A stretch of DNA of 64,000 nt from Laetmonice hystrix (Eukaryota): assembly GCA_965235115.1 (NCBI GenBank), contig OZ249442.1, positions 2,666,001 to 2,730,000 on the forward strand, written 5' to 3'. The translations under genes and the position numbers were made by a program. This document shows, in pieces, positions 12,421 to 24,000 of the stretch. The notes beneath the pieces are model-generated. The model saw only the letters and a program-made list of their open reading frames with translations, had not been told where the DNA came from and did not search any database. The first letter of the stretch is position 1, and each line of letters opens with the position of its first letter.

Positions 12421-12642
12421 CTTGAACTTCTTAGAGAGGAGTTTGGTGATACTGGTCTGTGTGAGTGTATCACCGTACGACGACTCGGCGTCTGAGGGTC
12501 CACTGTCCGGTAGTTGGAGTGTGACGGTCCCTCTACCCTGACCGTGACCGCCGGTCAGCGGGGCGCACGCAGCGCCCTCTTCTGGACAGAGCGCGTCCGA
12601 CACCGCCTCGCCATCCTCCTCCTCCACCCGCGTTACCGTAAA
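12421..12642 (-). CDS. Candidate exon (222 bp): FTVTRVEEEDGEAVSDALCPEEGAACAPL...TSITKLLSKKFK
   Basis: GC-rich relative to its flanks. Acceptor tattttacag|TTT and donor AAG|gtgagc, 74 open codons, phase 0-0. Which gene it belongs to is unresolved. Confidence 0.45.
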
Positions 12643-12993
12643 CTGTAAAATAGATATCACCGTTACCGTAAACTGTAAAATAGATATCACCGTTACCGTA
12701 AACTGTAAAATAGATATCACCGTTACCGTAAACTGTAAAATAGATATCACCGTTACCGTAAACTGTAAAATAGATATCACCGTAAGCTATAAAAGGAACA
12801 TCACCGTTACCGTAAACTGTAAAATAGATATCACCGTTACCGTAAACTGTAAAATAGATATCACCGTTACCGTAAACTGTAAAATAGATATCACCGTTAC
12901 CGTAAACTGTAAAATAGATATCACCGTTACCGTAAACTGTAAAATAGATATCACCGTTACCGTAAACTGGAACATAAACATCACCGTTACCGT
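12631..12993. repeat. 30-bp minisatellite, about 12 copies
   Basis: Unit cgttaccgtaaactgtaaaatagatatcac, with one degenerate unit near 12782-12805. Confidence 0.95.
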
Positions 12994-13074
12994 TGTGTTT
13001 GTAAGCATCACCCAGAGTGGCCGCCAAGAGACCAACCAACAAACATACCACAGTACTACCAACACCATTAATCC
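12991..13074 (-). CDS. Candidate exon (84 bp): GLMVLVVLWYVCWLVSWRPLWVMLTNTT; an alternative frame reads (x)INGVGSTVVCLLVGLLAATLGDAYKHN
   Basis: Unique sequence between two arrays, bounded by acatacag|GGA and ACG|gtaacg. Hydrophobic in two frames. Confidence 0.3.
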
Positions 13075-13335
13075 CTGTATGTCCCCATTAATCCCTGTAC
13101 GTCCCCATTAATCCCTGTACGTCCCCATTAATCCCTGTACGTCCCCATTAATCCCTGTACGTCCCCATTAATCCCTGTACGTCCCCATTAATCCCTGTAC
13201 GTCCCCATTAATCCCTGTACGTCCCCATTAATCCCTGTATGTCCCCATTAATCCCTGTATGTCCCCATTAATCCCTGTACGTCCCCATTAATCCCTGTAC
13301 GTCCCCATTAATCCCTGTACGTCCCCATTAATCCC
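13065..13335. repeat. 20-bp minisatellite, about 13 copies
   Basis: Unit ccattaatccctgtacgtcc. Confidence 0.95.
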
Positions 13336-13468
13336 GCTTGGTATCCATTTTATTCAGAAAGTGGATGTAATCCTATATACTGCTGGTCGACATTTCTGTC
13401 AATACATATGCAGTAAACGAAGTCCGAGTTCGTCACGACTTCATTTGTGGGACATTGCTAAATCTTAC

Positions 13469-13654
13469 TCGGCCGAAATAGTTAGTAATTCAGCTTTGGG
13501 AGGCACTGGCCAAAGATGTCCACACTCCACGCTCACTGGGAATACTTCCCCCTGAGTTGCGTACCAAACACCCCCCAGCGGGTCTACCAGCAGTGTGTAA
13601 TCTGACGGGGACAGCATGTGGTTAACGTCTCCCGAACATTCGTTGACGAATGTC
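13469..13654 (-). CDS. Candidate exon: TFVNECSGDVNHMLSPSDYTLLVDPLGGVWYATQGEVFPVSVECGHLWPVPPKAELLTISA
   Basis: Bounded by catctacag|G and CCGA|gtaaga. 186 bp open, phase 2-2, protein-like composition. No family recognised. Confidence 0.3.
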
Positions 13655-14235
13655 CTGTAGATGTATGTAACCCCCCGGGGACTTCATGGGAGCCAGTGAT
13701 AGCAGCCCTGTATGTGGTGTCTCGGGGAAAACCGGGTAACACGAAGATATGTTGTAATGACTGGGACATATTGTCGAAATCAATAAATCCTAGACGTAGG
13801 TAGGACACACTATAAAGAGATAGGTAAAACATTGGCCTACATACTACTGCTGAAAGTTCCTCATGTAATTAGTAAAATTAACCAAACGAAATCAGAATAT
13901 ACAAATATGAATGCTAGATGTGGTAGATGCACTCACTCACTCCCCTCCCCTCCCTATCTCTTCCCGTATCTCCCTACCTAGCTCCCCCTCTCTCCTCTCT
14001 CCCTCCCTCTCTCTCCCCCCTTAACTTCCCACTCCCCCCCCCCTAGTTCTCACTGCCTCCCTCCCCCTCACTCACTCGCTCCATTCCTCGACCTCCGTTT
14101 ATCGGAAGTTTAGCGGTGCAGAAAGGAAGCCACTCGTGCTCAGCTAATCTACGTTGGAGACGAATTTTAACGTTTTTTTTCTGTAAATGAGTCGAGACAA
14201 CAGGTTGGACATTTAAAGTCGGCAGTGCCCCTGGG

Positions 14236-14890
14236 ACGTTCAGTTAATCCCATTGCTGCTATGAAATGTGTGAGACGTTGAGGTCGTTCAGTGAAACCCA
14301 TTGCTGCTATGAAATGTGAGACGTTGAGGTCGTTCAGTGAATCCCATTGCTGCTATGAAATGTGTGAGACGTTGAGGTCGTTCAGTGAATCCCATTGCCG
14401 CTATGAAATGTGTGAGACGTTGAGGTCGTTCAGTGAAACCCATTGCTGCTATGAAATGTGAGACGTTGAGGTCGTTCAGTGAATCCCATTGCTGCTATGA
14501 AATGTGTGAGACGTTGAGGTCGTTCAGTGAATCCCATTGCCGCTATGAAATGTGTGAGACGTTGTGGTCGTTCAGTGAATCCCATTGCTGCTATGAAATG
14601 TGTGAGTCGTTGAGGACGTTCAGTGAATCCCATTGCTGCTATGAAATGTGTGAGACGTTGAGGTCGTTCATTGCATCTAATTGCTGCTATGAAATGTGTG
14701 AGACGTTGAGGTCGTTCAGTGAATCCCATTGCTGCTATGAAATGTGTGAGACGTTGAGGTCGTTCAGTGAATCCCATTGCCGCTATGAAATGTGTGAGAC
14801 GTTGAGGTCGTTCAATGAATCCCATTGCCGCTATGAAATGTGTGAGACGTTGAGGTCGTTCAGTGAATCCCATTGCTGCTATGAAATGTG
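14236..14890. repeat. 48-bp minisatellite, about 13 copies
   Basis: Unit cccattgctgctatgaaatgtgtgagacgttgaggtcgttcagtgaat. Confidence 0.95.
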
Positions 14891-15037
14891 ATATTTTGGG
14901 ATGATAAATTCTTCTAGATTCACTGCCAAGTAAACGAGGTAATTTCACAGTGAACGTTGCCATCTTTAAAACATTACATGGAAAGGGGTGTAAACAGGTT
15001 TTGGCGATGCATCATCAGCTCTAGCTATAAACCTGAT

Positions 15038-15241
15038 CAAGGCCATAACTAGCACTAAGTCATTTCCCAAATTTTGTTTTAAAAATTTAAAAGTGTTAAA
15101 TTACACCCTTAGGTACCCTCGGAATGCCCGATTTGACGCCCAGAATTTAAAGAGTTCCGGGGAGCATGCCCCCAGACTCCCTAGAAGAGATGCCTCGTCT
15201 CATTTCGCCTCGTCGCATTTTAAGGTCTAATTACGGCCCTG
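15038..15241. mobile_element. Old hAT-like MITE (CAGGGCCGTAATTAG-type ends)
   Basis: caaggccataactag at 15038 versus ctaattacggccctg ending at 15241 (imperfect TIR). No TSD. Confidence 0.45.
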
Positions 15242-15598
15242 ATTCAGCGCCCATGTCACGTGTTGACCCAGGAGTAATCGGCTTATAATCGTATCGTCTT
15301 ACGGGACATTCAATGACAGGTTGACCGGTGGCCACCTGTCGAGATATTGTTAATGACTGGGACGGCCTCCACTGACCGAGCGGGACGGGTCAATTCTCAT
15401 AGTGATTACCTGTCAGGTAATGCTTCAATTAACCCCACCGTAAGAATCGCCAGTAAGGCAGTGTTAGAATAATCGGCCGGTCAGCCTGGGATACGTGCTG
15501 GTCAGGACCGATTGGTGCCTCGACTGGAGGGTATTATCAGCCATAAATCCGAATTAAAATCTCTAATTTAATCTAGGATGACGACCGAGTCAAAGGTT

Positions 15599-16184
15599 AC
15601 TCGTCCGTTCATCATACCAACACTGGAACAAGCTCCATGAATCCTGCCGTGAACTGTGAGTCTGTACTAAAACTCGTCCGTTCATCATACCAACACTGGA
15701 ACAAGCTCCATGAATCCTGCCGTGAACGGTGAGTCTGTACTAAAACTCGTCCGTTCATCATACCAACACTGGAACAAGCTCCATGAATCCTGCCGTGAAC
15801 TGTGAGTCTGTACTAAAACTCGTCCGTTCATCATACCAACACTGGAACAAGCTCCATGAATCCTGCCGTGAACTGTGAGTCTGTACTAAAACTCGTCCGT
15901 TCATCATACCAACACTGGAACAAGCTCCATGAATCCTGCCGTGAACTGTGAGTCTGTACTAAAACTCGTCCGTTCATCATACCAACACTGGAACAAGCTC
16001 CACGAATCCTGCCGTGAACTGTGAGTCTGTACTAAAACTCGTCCGTTCATCATACCAACACTGGAACAAGCTCCATGAATCCTGCCGTGAACGGTGAGTC
16101 TGTACTAAAACTCGTCCGTTCATCATACCAACACTGGAACAAGCTCCATGAATCCTGCCGTGACCTGTGAGTCTGTACTAAAAC
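15599..16184. repeat. 73-bp minisatellite x8
   Basis: Unit actcgtccgttcatcataccaacactggaacaagctccatgaatcctgccgtgaactgtgagtctgtactaaa. Confidence 0.95.
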
Positions 16185-16185
16185 T
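16129..16185 (-). CDS. Candidate exon (57 bp): SFSTDSQVTAGFMELVPVL
   Basis: Bounded by ggtgcag|AGT and TTG|gtatga, phase 0-0. It forms the end unit of the 73-bp array. Confidence 0.28.
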
Positions 16186-16497
16186 CTGCACCATTTCTCC
16201 GTCACCAAACAACGAAAGGAAAACGAAGATTCCAAGACAATAGCAAATCAAAATTTGCTATTGTCATGGTTAAACATTCCTTCCTTCTTTATATCCTTTC
16301 CTAAAAAGGCAATGTCAGTCCGGTATTAATTATCGTTTAGACATGCTGACTTCTAAGTGCGATAAATACAACATGTGTAGCTTGAGGAAAGGGGGATCGC
16401 TGCACGTGATGACACTGAACCATTGTCTCTTTCTCTCACAGTCTTGATGTACTGTGAACCTGTCTTTTCCAGGACGTTGCCTCCTTCGTGAGCTTAC

Positions 16498-16619
16498 AAT
16501 GAAATCTCCCCACTCCACAACGTGAGCAGTCAGACAGAAAACGTTATGAGACAACCATTCAGACACCGTTAGCCCGGCCCCATCCGAGGAGTCTCCGTGA
16601 CTTAGAAGGCCCCGGTTGT
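16498..16619 (-). CDS. Candidate exon (122 bp): (D)NRGLLSHGDSSDGAGLTVSEWLSHNVFCLTAHVVEWGDFI
   Basis: Bounded by ctgtcttaccag|AC and ATT|gtaagc. Open, phase 1-0, compatible with the exon ending at 17335. Confidence 0.38.
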
Positions 16620-17334
16620 CTGGTAAGACAGAGCCTGTTTCCTTGGTATTCTTAATGACATTCTGATACATTCAACTGTGTAATCTCGTCAACAATCTCC
16701 ACCAATCTCCTTCCCCGACAGTTATACGGAATATACACGGTACATGCAGCAAGTACTTGGAGATATTCCCATGACCCGGAGATATGTATACCTGTCATAC
16801 GACAATGTGCTTGTCCTGACAAGTTTTCCTATACACATGTCATCACATGAACGCCAGCCAAGTATGCTGGACATCAACAGAATCAATGAAACTATCGAAA
16901 CTTGTCTCTTCTTTCTTCGTTTCTGTTTCTAATAATTATATTATATTCCGTTTCGATCAGACCTCTTGTTACTATGGTTACTCGGAGACAAAAATTTGAC
17001 AGTCGGTTCGATCACGTGCAGCAAACGTACGCATGCTACTTTCATACCAATAAAATTCTTGGGGGTTTCTTTACTGCAACAGCTTTCCGTATCGAAGCCA
17101 TCTGGCTTCCCGCGGTGAAGCCATCTGCCTCCCAACTCTCACTGTCATAAGACCAGGTCGTGGACCACATGTATGTGTGTAGGTCCTCGTCGCGGGTATG
17201 TGGATATTACAGGGGAAAAGTCGCCAAGTCTGAACTCAAAAACCTTAATCAGTATTATACTCACAACAGTTACTGTTCCATGAACCATGGACATTTGTCG
17301 TTAGTTCTAGTTTCTAGTCACTTATTGAGCTCAC

Positions 17335-17519
17335 CTCCTGTGGATGTCGGAAGGCCAATCTCTTTTTCTCCCAGAGGTTTCCATTTGTCATCAGAAGTAA
17401 AGCATTGGCCTCTACATAATCCTCCTCCTGCTCCTCCTCCTGCTCCTCCTCCTCCTCCTCCTCCTCCTCCTCCTCCTCCTCCTCCTCCCGCCCCTCCTCC
17501 CCATCCGCAATGTGTATCC
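17335..17519 (-). CDS. Candidate exon containing a (GGA)n tract: DTHCGW-polyGly-LCRGQCFTSDDKWKPLGEKEIGLPTSTG; an alternative is a poly-Glu frame from an acceptor at 17604
   Basis: Donor GAG|gtgagc at 17335. Possible acceptors ctaccag|G (17519) or ctgcag|G (17604). The trinucleotide tract has in-phase interruptions. Confidence 0.35.
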
Positions 17520-18472
17520 CTGGTAGTAGGTTCGCCATAATCAGAAGGTAGTTCTCATTCAGGCATAAGAAGGTGTAGCCATGTTCGGATATCCTCCCCC
17601 ACGCCTGCAGTATGACAGGACACAGTCATCCAGTGATTGTGTTGGGATATCCTCCCCCACGCCTGCAGAGAACACAGTCATCCACTGGTTGTTAGTCTGC
17701 TAGAGACGACTGGAGTGGACACTTGTTGTGCTATCCTGGCCGTCATCACCGGCAGGCTCCAGACGTTGTGGGTCTACCTGTATGCACTCTCCACCCCTCG
17801 CACGCACACCTAGCAAAACACCTTCTAGTCAATGGTAGGGGCGGGGGTAGGGGGCAGGGGGTAGATGGTGGTGGGTGGGGGTGGGGAGAACAAAGGGTAG
17901 GTGCAGCCGGCATGGGGGGTCAGGAGCACACACAAACCGCTATCTTCTTCCGCAGCCGGAAACAAGAGTTGTCAATTTAAAACCTATAATTGTTATTATT
18001 GAACTCCATCCCGCACATAGAGCGGCCCAGTCTTGATGGCCTATAAGTTTGAAGGCTCAGCTGTACTCGGGAGGTGGATGTACAAACTCGGAAGAAGAAG
18101 ATGTTGATCGAATCGCAACCATTGATTTTCCACATAAGTGGCGTGCGTACATGCCATGTATAGTTAAATTCGCTTTATTTATAGCATTTATTTTCACTCC
18201 TAAACTTGCCACAGGAAATATTCTGTGTTGAGCCAAGAGATGAATGGATGTGTGTCTGGGTATTGAACCAGACTACCTCATCATTGAGGGCAGGGGAACA
18301 ATACCATCCATTCATACCATACGTCATCAGAGTGTAACTCCTTCCCAACTCCACGTTTGGGAAATCTTTGTATTCTCCAGATATTGTATATGATGTGTCA
18401 AGAGGTCTCCGCACACAGTTAGGGTAATACATGAATTCCCTTCGCAAGGTTTCTTTCAGTTACATTCTCCTA

Positions 18473-18883
18473 ATATGTCACGGAAACGGTACGGTGACAT
18501 TCTCCCGATGTGTCACAGAAAAGGTACGGTGACATTCTCTCCATATGTCATAGAAAACGATACGGCGACATTCTCCAAATATGTCACAGAAACGGTACAG
18601 TGATATTCCCGATATGTCACGGAAACAGTATAGTGATATTCTCCCAATATGTCACGGCAACGGCACGGTGACAGTCTCCCGATATGTCACGGAAACGGTA
18701 CGGTGACATTGTCCCGATATGTCACGGAAACGGTACAGTGATATTCTCCCAATATGTCACAGAAACGGTACAGTGACATTGTCCCGTTATGTCACGGAAA
18801 CAGTACAGTGACATTCTCCCAATATGTCACGGAAACAGTACAGTGACATTCTCCCGATATGTCACAGAAAGGGTCTGGTGACA
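18473..18883. repeat. 35-bp minisatellite, about 12 diverged copies
   Basis: Consensus atatgtcacggaaacggtacggtgacattctcccg. Confidence 0.9.
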
Positions 18884-18921
18884 CGAACTTCCTGGCCACG
18901 TATACATCATACCTAACTTAC

Positions 18922-19064
18922 CGGTGATACTGCCATAGTGTCATTCTCCAGAGACCATAGCTGCCTTTATCAGTCATAGAGTTATTGTGACCACTGATAC
19001 AGCTGGCAGCGCCATTCATAGCGCCCAGTATCATCCAGTCAGTTATTGGGGCCAAAGTAGAGTT
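18922..19064 (-). CDS. Candidate exon: NSTLAPITDWMILGAMNGAASCISGHNNSMTDKGSYGLWRMTLWQYH
   Basis: Bounded by gtgcag|AAC and a strong donor CCG|gtaagt. Open, phase 0-2. Confidence 0.25.
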
Positions 19065-19549
19065 CTGCACTGAGTCAGTTGTAGCCGACAGGATCACGTA
19101 TCAATAATGTTTGTTGGAAGCTCCACAACAGCCTTTCTTCACATGGCTTCAGTCAGCCATTTCAAACCTTTCAAATGCTGACTGAGGAGCAATTCTTTCG
19201 AGTAATGTATCAATAGAACTGTTGTTTTGTAGTAATATTCGGAATGTGTACCTGAGGTAAGTGCAACACAACCACACAAAAACTAGCATGTATTTCTAGG
19301 AACTTCTAAAACTAAGAAATGAAGAGGCAGAAAAAATAGTCAGTTAATACAACATAGGCACCTACTCTCTGTTGGGGGTAATTAACACATCATCAGGACT
19401 TTTCATAAAGAAATCAGGAAAGGCTAAAGGTCGCTGATGCGAAACATGAGGCATGATGTCATGTTAATGAGGTTAACAGCATGCTCCCTGCCCCGGCCCA
19501 GCCGGCCAGCAGGGGGCCACCTCAGGATGAGATCACACCTGTATGTTAT

Positions 19550-20446
19550 GACAGAGAATCAACGGTTAAAGATAATCTATCCAACAACAATCACGTAAAC
19601 ACTTTCAAATTGAGAGACTCTCAACGGTTCATGAGAATCTATCCAACAATAAACAAGTTCTAACTTACTATCAACGGTTCATGAGAATCTATTCAACAAC
19701 AAACAAGTTTCAACTTGAGAGACTATCAACGGTTAATGAGAATCTATTCAACAACAAACAAGTTCCAACTTGAGAGACTATCAACGGTTCAGGAGAATCT
19801 ATCCAACAACAAACAAGTTTCAACTTGAGAGACTATCAACGGTTAATGAGAATCTATCCAACAACAAACAGGTTCCAACTTGAGAGACTATCAACGGTTA
19901 ATGAGAATCTATCCAACAACAAACAAGTTCCAACTTGAGAGACTATCAACGGTTAATGAGAATCTATCCAACAACAAACAGGTTCCAACTTGAGAGACTA
20001 TCAACGGTTAATGAGAATCTATCCAACAACAAACAAGTTTCAACTTGAGAGACTATCAACGGTGAATGAGAATCTATCAACAACTAACAAGTTCCAACTT
20101 GAGAGACTATCAACGGTTCATGAGAATCTATCCAACAACAAACAAGTTTCAACTTGAGAGACTATCAAAGGTTCATGAGAATCTATCCAACAACAAACAG
20201 GTTCCAACTTGAGAGACTATCAACGGTTAATGAGAATCTATCCAACAACAAACAAGTTCCAACTTGAGAGACTATCAACGGTTAATGAGAATCTATCCAA
20301 CAACAAACAGGTTCCAACTTGAGAGACTATCAACGGTGAATGAGAATATATGCAACAAGAAACAAGTTTCAACTTGAGAGACTATCAGCGGTGAATGAGA
20401 ATCTATCAACAAGAAACAAGTTCCAACTTGAGAGACTATCAACGAC
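19550..20446. repeat. 55-bp minisatellite, about 16 copies
   Basis: Consensus gagactatcaacggttaatgagaatctatccaacaacaaacaagttccaacttga. Confidence 0.95.
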
Positions 20447-20805
20447 TCAGTTACATTCAGATACATTCACCTACAGTTGATCAAACACTGGTGGCCACTC
20501 TCTTGACGAACCATGAAGAAATAACGATAGATATAGTTACTGCTAGAATAAAATGACCCAGGATCACATAGAGGCAGCTGGAAGTCCCTTCATGGCCCAA
20601 GATAAGCAAGGGAATAATTATGTTTCAAAAACTGATGTCGGTTAAATGACTGAATGATGCACACCTCATCAAGTAGATATCAGGAAGTGACAGTTGTGTC
20701 ATCATTATTATTGCGCACTTTGTATGGTGGGTTTTGTCCTAACCTCTGCCACACTCCGAGATACCCAGACTACAATAGCACCAATGATGTCAGGATAAAA
20801 CTTAC

Positions 20806-20954
20806 AAAGGAGACACAACCGTCATATATTCTCCCTCCATCTCTTTCATAGCAAGCGTGATTTACCGGAGCTTTGAAGATGAACACTGCCAGTGTTCGTG
20901 GAGGCAAGAGGAAACAATGCGACAATGTGGAGTACACTCTCCATATTGAAAGAT
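20806..20954 (-). CDS. Candidate exon: (D)LSIWRVYSTLSHCFLLPPRTLAVFIFKAPVNHACYERDGGRIYDGCVSF
   Basis: Bounded by gtgtacag|AT and a strong donor TTT|gtaagt. Open, phase 1-0. Confidence 0.28.
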
Positions 20955-21054
20955 CTGTACACATGGATTCCTCGAAAACCTTTCATGTTCTCATTCCCTG
21001 CATGACTGGTTGTCCTGACCCCAGTCGTAAACACCTGGTTCTGTCCCGACACTT

Positions 21055-24000
21055 TGTGTGTGCCCTGTCTGCCACTGCAGTCTCCGTGCTACATAACCTG
21101 GTATATATCAAAACTCTATGTGTACCACTGCAGTCTCCGTGCTACATAACCTGGTATATATCAAAACTCTATGTGTACCACTGCAGTCTCCGTGCTACAT
21201 AACCTGGTATATATCAAAACTCTATGTGTACCACTGCAGTCTCCGTGCTACATAACCTGGTATATATCAAAACTCTATGTGTACCACTGCAGTCTCCGTG
21301 CTACATAACCTGGTATATAACAAAACTCTATGTGTACCACTGCAGTCTCCGTGCTACATAACCTGGTATATATCAAAACTCTATGTGTACCACTGCAGTC
21401 TCCGTGCTACATAACCTGGTATATATCAAAACTCTATGTGTACCACTGCAGTCTCCGTGCTACATAACCTGGTATATATCAAAACTCTATGTGTACCACT
21501 GCAGTCTCCGTGCTACATAACCTGGTATATATCAAAACTCTATGTGTACCACTGCAGTCTCCGTGCTACATAACCTGGTATATATCAAAACTCTATGTGT
21601 GCCCTGTCTACCACTGCAGTCTCCGTGCTACATAACCTGTTATATATCAAAACTCTATGTGTGCCCTGTCTACCACTGCAGTCTCCGTGCTACATAACCT
21701 GGTATATATCAAAAATCTATGTGTGCCCTGTCTACCACTGCAGTCTCCGAGCTACATAACCTGGTATATATCAAAACTCTATGTGTACCACTGCAGTCTC
21801 CGTGCTACATAACCTGGTATATATCAAAACTCTATGTGTGCCCTGTCTACCACTGCAGTCTCCGTGCTACATAACCTGGTATATATCAAAACTCTATGTG
21901 CTCCCTGTCTACCACTGCAGTCTCCGTGCTACGTAACCTGGTATATATCAAAACTCTATGTGTGCCACTGCAGTCTCCGTGCTACATAACCTGGTATATA
22001 TCAAAACTCTATGTGCTCCCTGTCTACCACTGCAGTCTCCGTGCTACGTAACCTGGTATATATCAAAACTCTATGTGTACCCTGTCTACCACTGCAGTCT
22101 CCGTGCTACATAACCTGGTATATATCAAAACTCTATGTGTACCACTGCAGTCTCCGTGCTACATAACCTGGTATATATCAAAACTCTATGTGTACCCTGT
22201 CTACCACTGCAGTCTCCGTGCTACGTAACCTGGTATATATCAAAACTCTATGTGTACCCTGTCTACCACTGCAGTCTCCGTGCTACGTAACCTGGTATAT
22301 ATCAAAACTCTATGTGTACCCTGTCTACCACTGCAGTCTCCGTGCTACATAACCTGGTATATATCAAAACTCTATGTGTACCACTGCAGTCTCCGTGCTA
22401 CATAACCTGGTATATATCAAAACTCTATGTGTACCACTGCAGTCTCCGTGCTACATAACCTGGTATATATCAAAACTCTATGTGTACCACTGCAGTCTCC
22501 GTGCTACATAACCTGGTATATATCAAAACTCTATGTGTACCACTGCAGTCTCCGTGCTACATAACCTGGTATATATCAAAACTCTATGTGTACCACTGCA
22601 GTCTCCGTGCTACGTAACCTGGTATATATCAAAACTCTATGTGTACCACTGCAGTCTCCGTGCTACATAACCTGGTATATATATCAAAACTCTATGTGTG
22701 CCCTGTCTACCACTGCAGTCTCCGTGCTACATAACCTGGTATATATCAAAACTCTATGTGTGCCCTGTCTACCACTGCAGCCTCCGTGCTACATAACCTG
22801 GTATATATCAAAACTCTATGTGTGCCCTGTCTACCACTGCAGTCTCCGTGCTACATAACCTGGTATATATCAAAACTCTATGTGTACCACTGCAGTCTCC
22901 GTGCTACATAACCTGGTATATATCAAAACTCTATGTGTACCACTGCAGTCTCCGTGCTACATAACCTGGTATATATCAAAACTCTATGTGTACCACTGCA
23001 GTCTCCGTGCTACATAACCTGGTATATATCAAAACTCTATGTGTACCACTGCAGTCTCCGTGCTACGTAACCTGGTATATATATATATCAAAACTCTATG
23101 TGTGCCCTGTCTACCACTGCAGCCTCCGTGCTACATAACCTGGTATATATATCAAAACTCTATGTGTGCCCTGTCTACCACTGCAGTCTCCGTGCTACAT
23201 AACCTGGTATATATATCAAAACTCTATGTGTGCCCTGTCTACCACTGCAGTCTCCGTGCTACGTAACCTGGTATATATCAAAACTCTATGTGTACCACTG
23301 CAGTCTCCGTGCTACATAACCTGGTATATATCAAAACTCTATGTGTACCACTGCAGTCTCCGTGCTACGTAACCTGGTATATATCAAAACTCTATGTGTA
23401 CCACTGCAGTCTCCGTGCTACATAACCTGGTATATATCAAAACTCTATGTGTACCACTGCAGTCTCCGTGCTACGTAACCTGGTATATATCAAAACTCTA
23501 TGTGTACCACTGCAGTCTCCGTGCTTCATAACCTGGTATATATCAAAACTCTATGTGTACCACTGCAGTCTCCGTGCTACATAACCTGGTATATATCAAA
23601 ACTCTAAGTGTACCACTGCAGTCTCCGTGCTACATAACCTGGTATATATCAAAACTCTATGTGTACCACTGCAGTCTCCGTGCTACGTAACCTGGTATAT
23701 ATCAAAACTCTATGTGTACCACTGCAGTCTCCGTGCTACGTAACCTGGTATATATATATATATCAAAACTCTATGTGTGCCCTGTCTACCACTGCAGCCT
23801 CCGTGCTACATAACCTGGTATATATATCAAAACTCTATGTGTGCCCTGTCTACCACTGCAGTCTCCGTGCTACGTAACCTGGTATATATCAAAACTCTAT
23901 GTGTACCACTGCAGTCTCCGTGCTACATAACCTGGTATATATCAAAACTCTATGTGTACCACTGCAGTCTCCGTGCTACATAACCTGGTATATATCAAAA

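Noticed and set aside
16473-16622. Plus-strand coding exon with strong ag/gt signals
   Set aside because: All three plus frames contain stops. The minus-strand reading is open instead.
12590-17519. ALK/LTK glycine-rich domain, or OSTM1 next to CLCN7
   Set aside because: Similarity is limited to low-complexity Gly runs or a VPV tripeptide and does not extend.
18175-18447. Protein-like 90-aa minus ORF (YYPNCVRRPLD...)
   Set aside because: No convincing acceptor, only a GC-type or weak donor, and the phase does not fit neighbouring candidates. Left uncalled, but worth a BLASTX.
13469-21090. Selenoprotein, because several long minus frames are broken by a single TGA (about 13685, 17555 and 20985)
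   Set aside because: No selenoprotein family motif or SECIS was recognised. Frames of this length occur by chance, and alternative splice sites avoid the TGAs.
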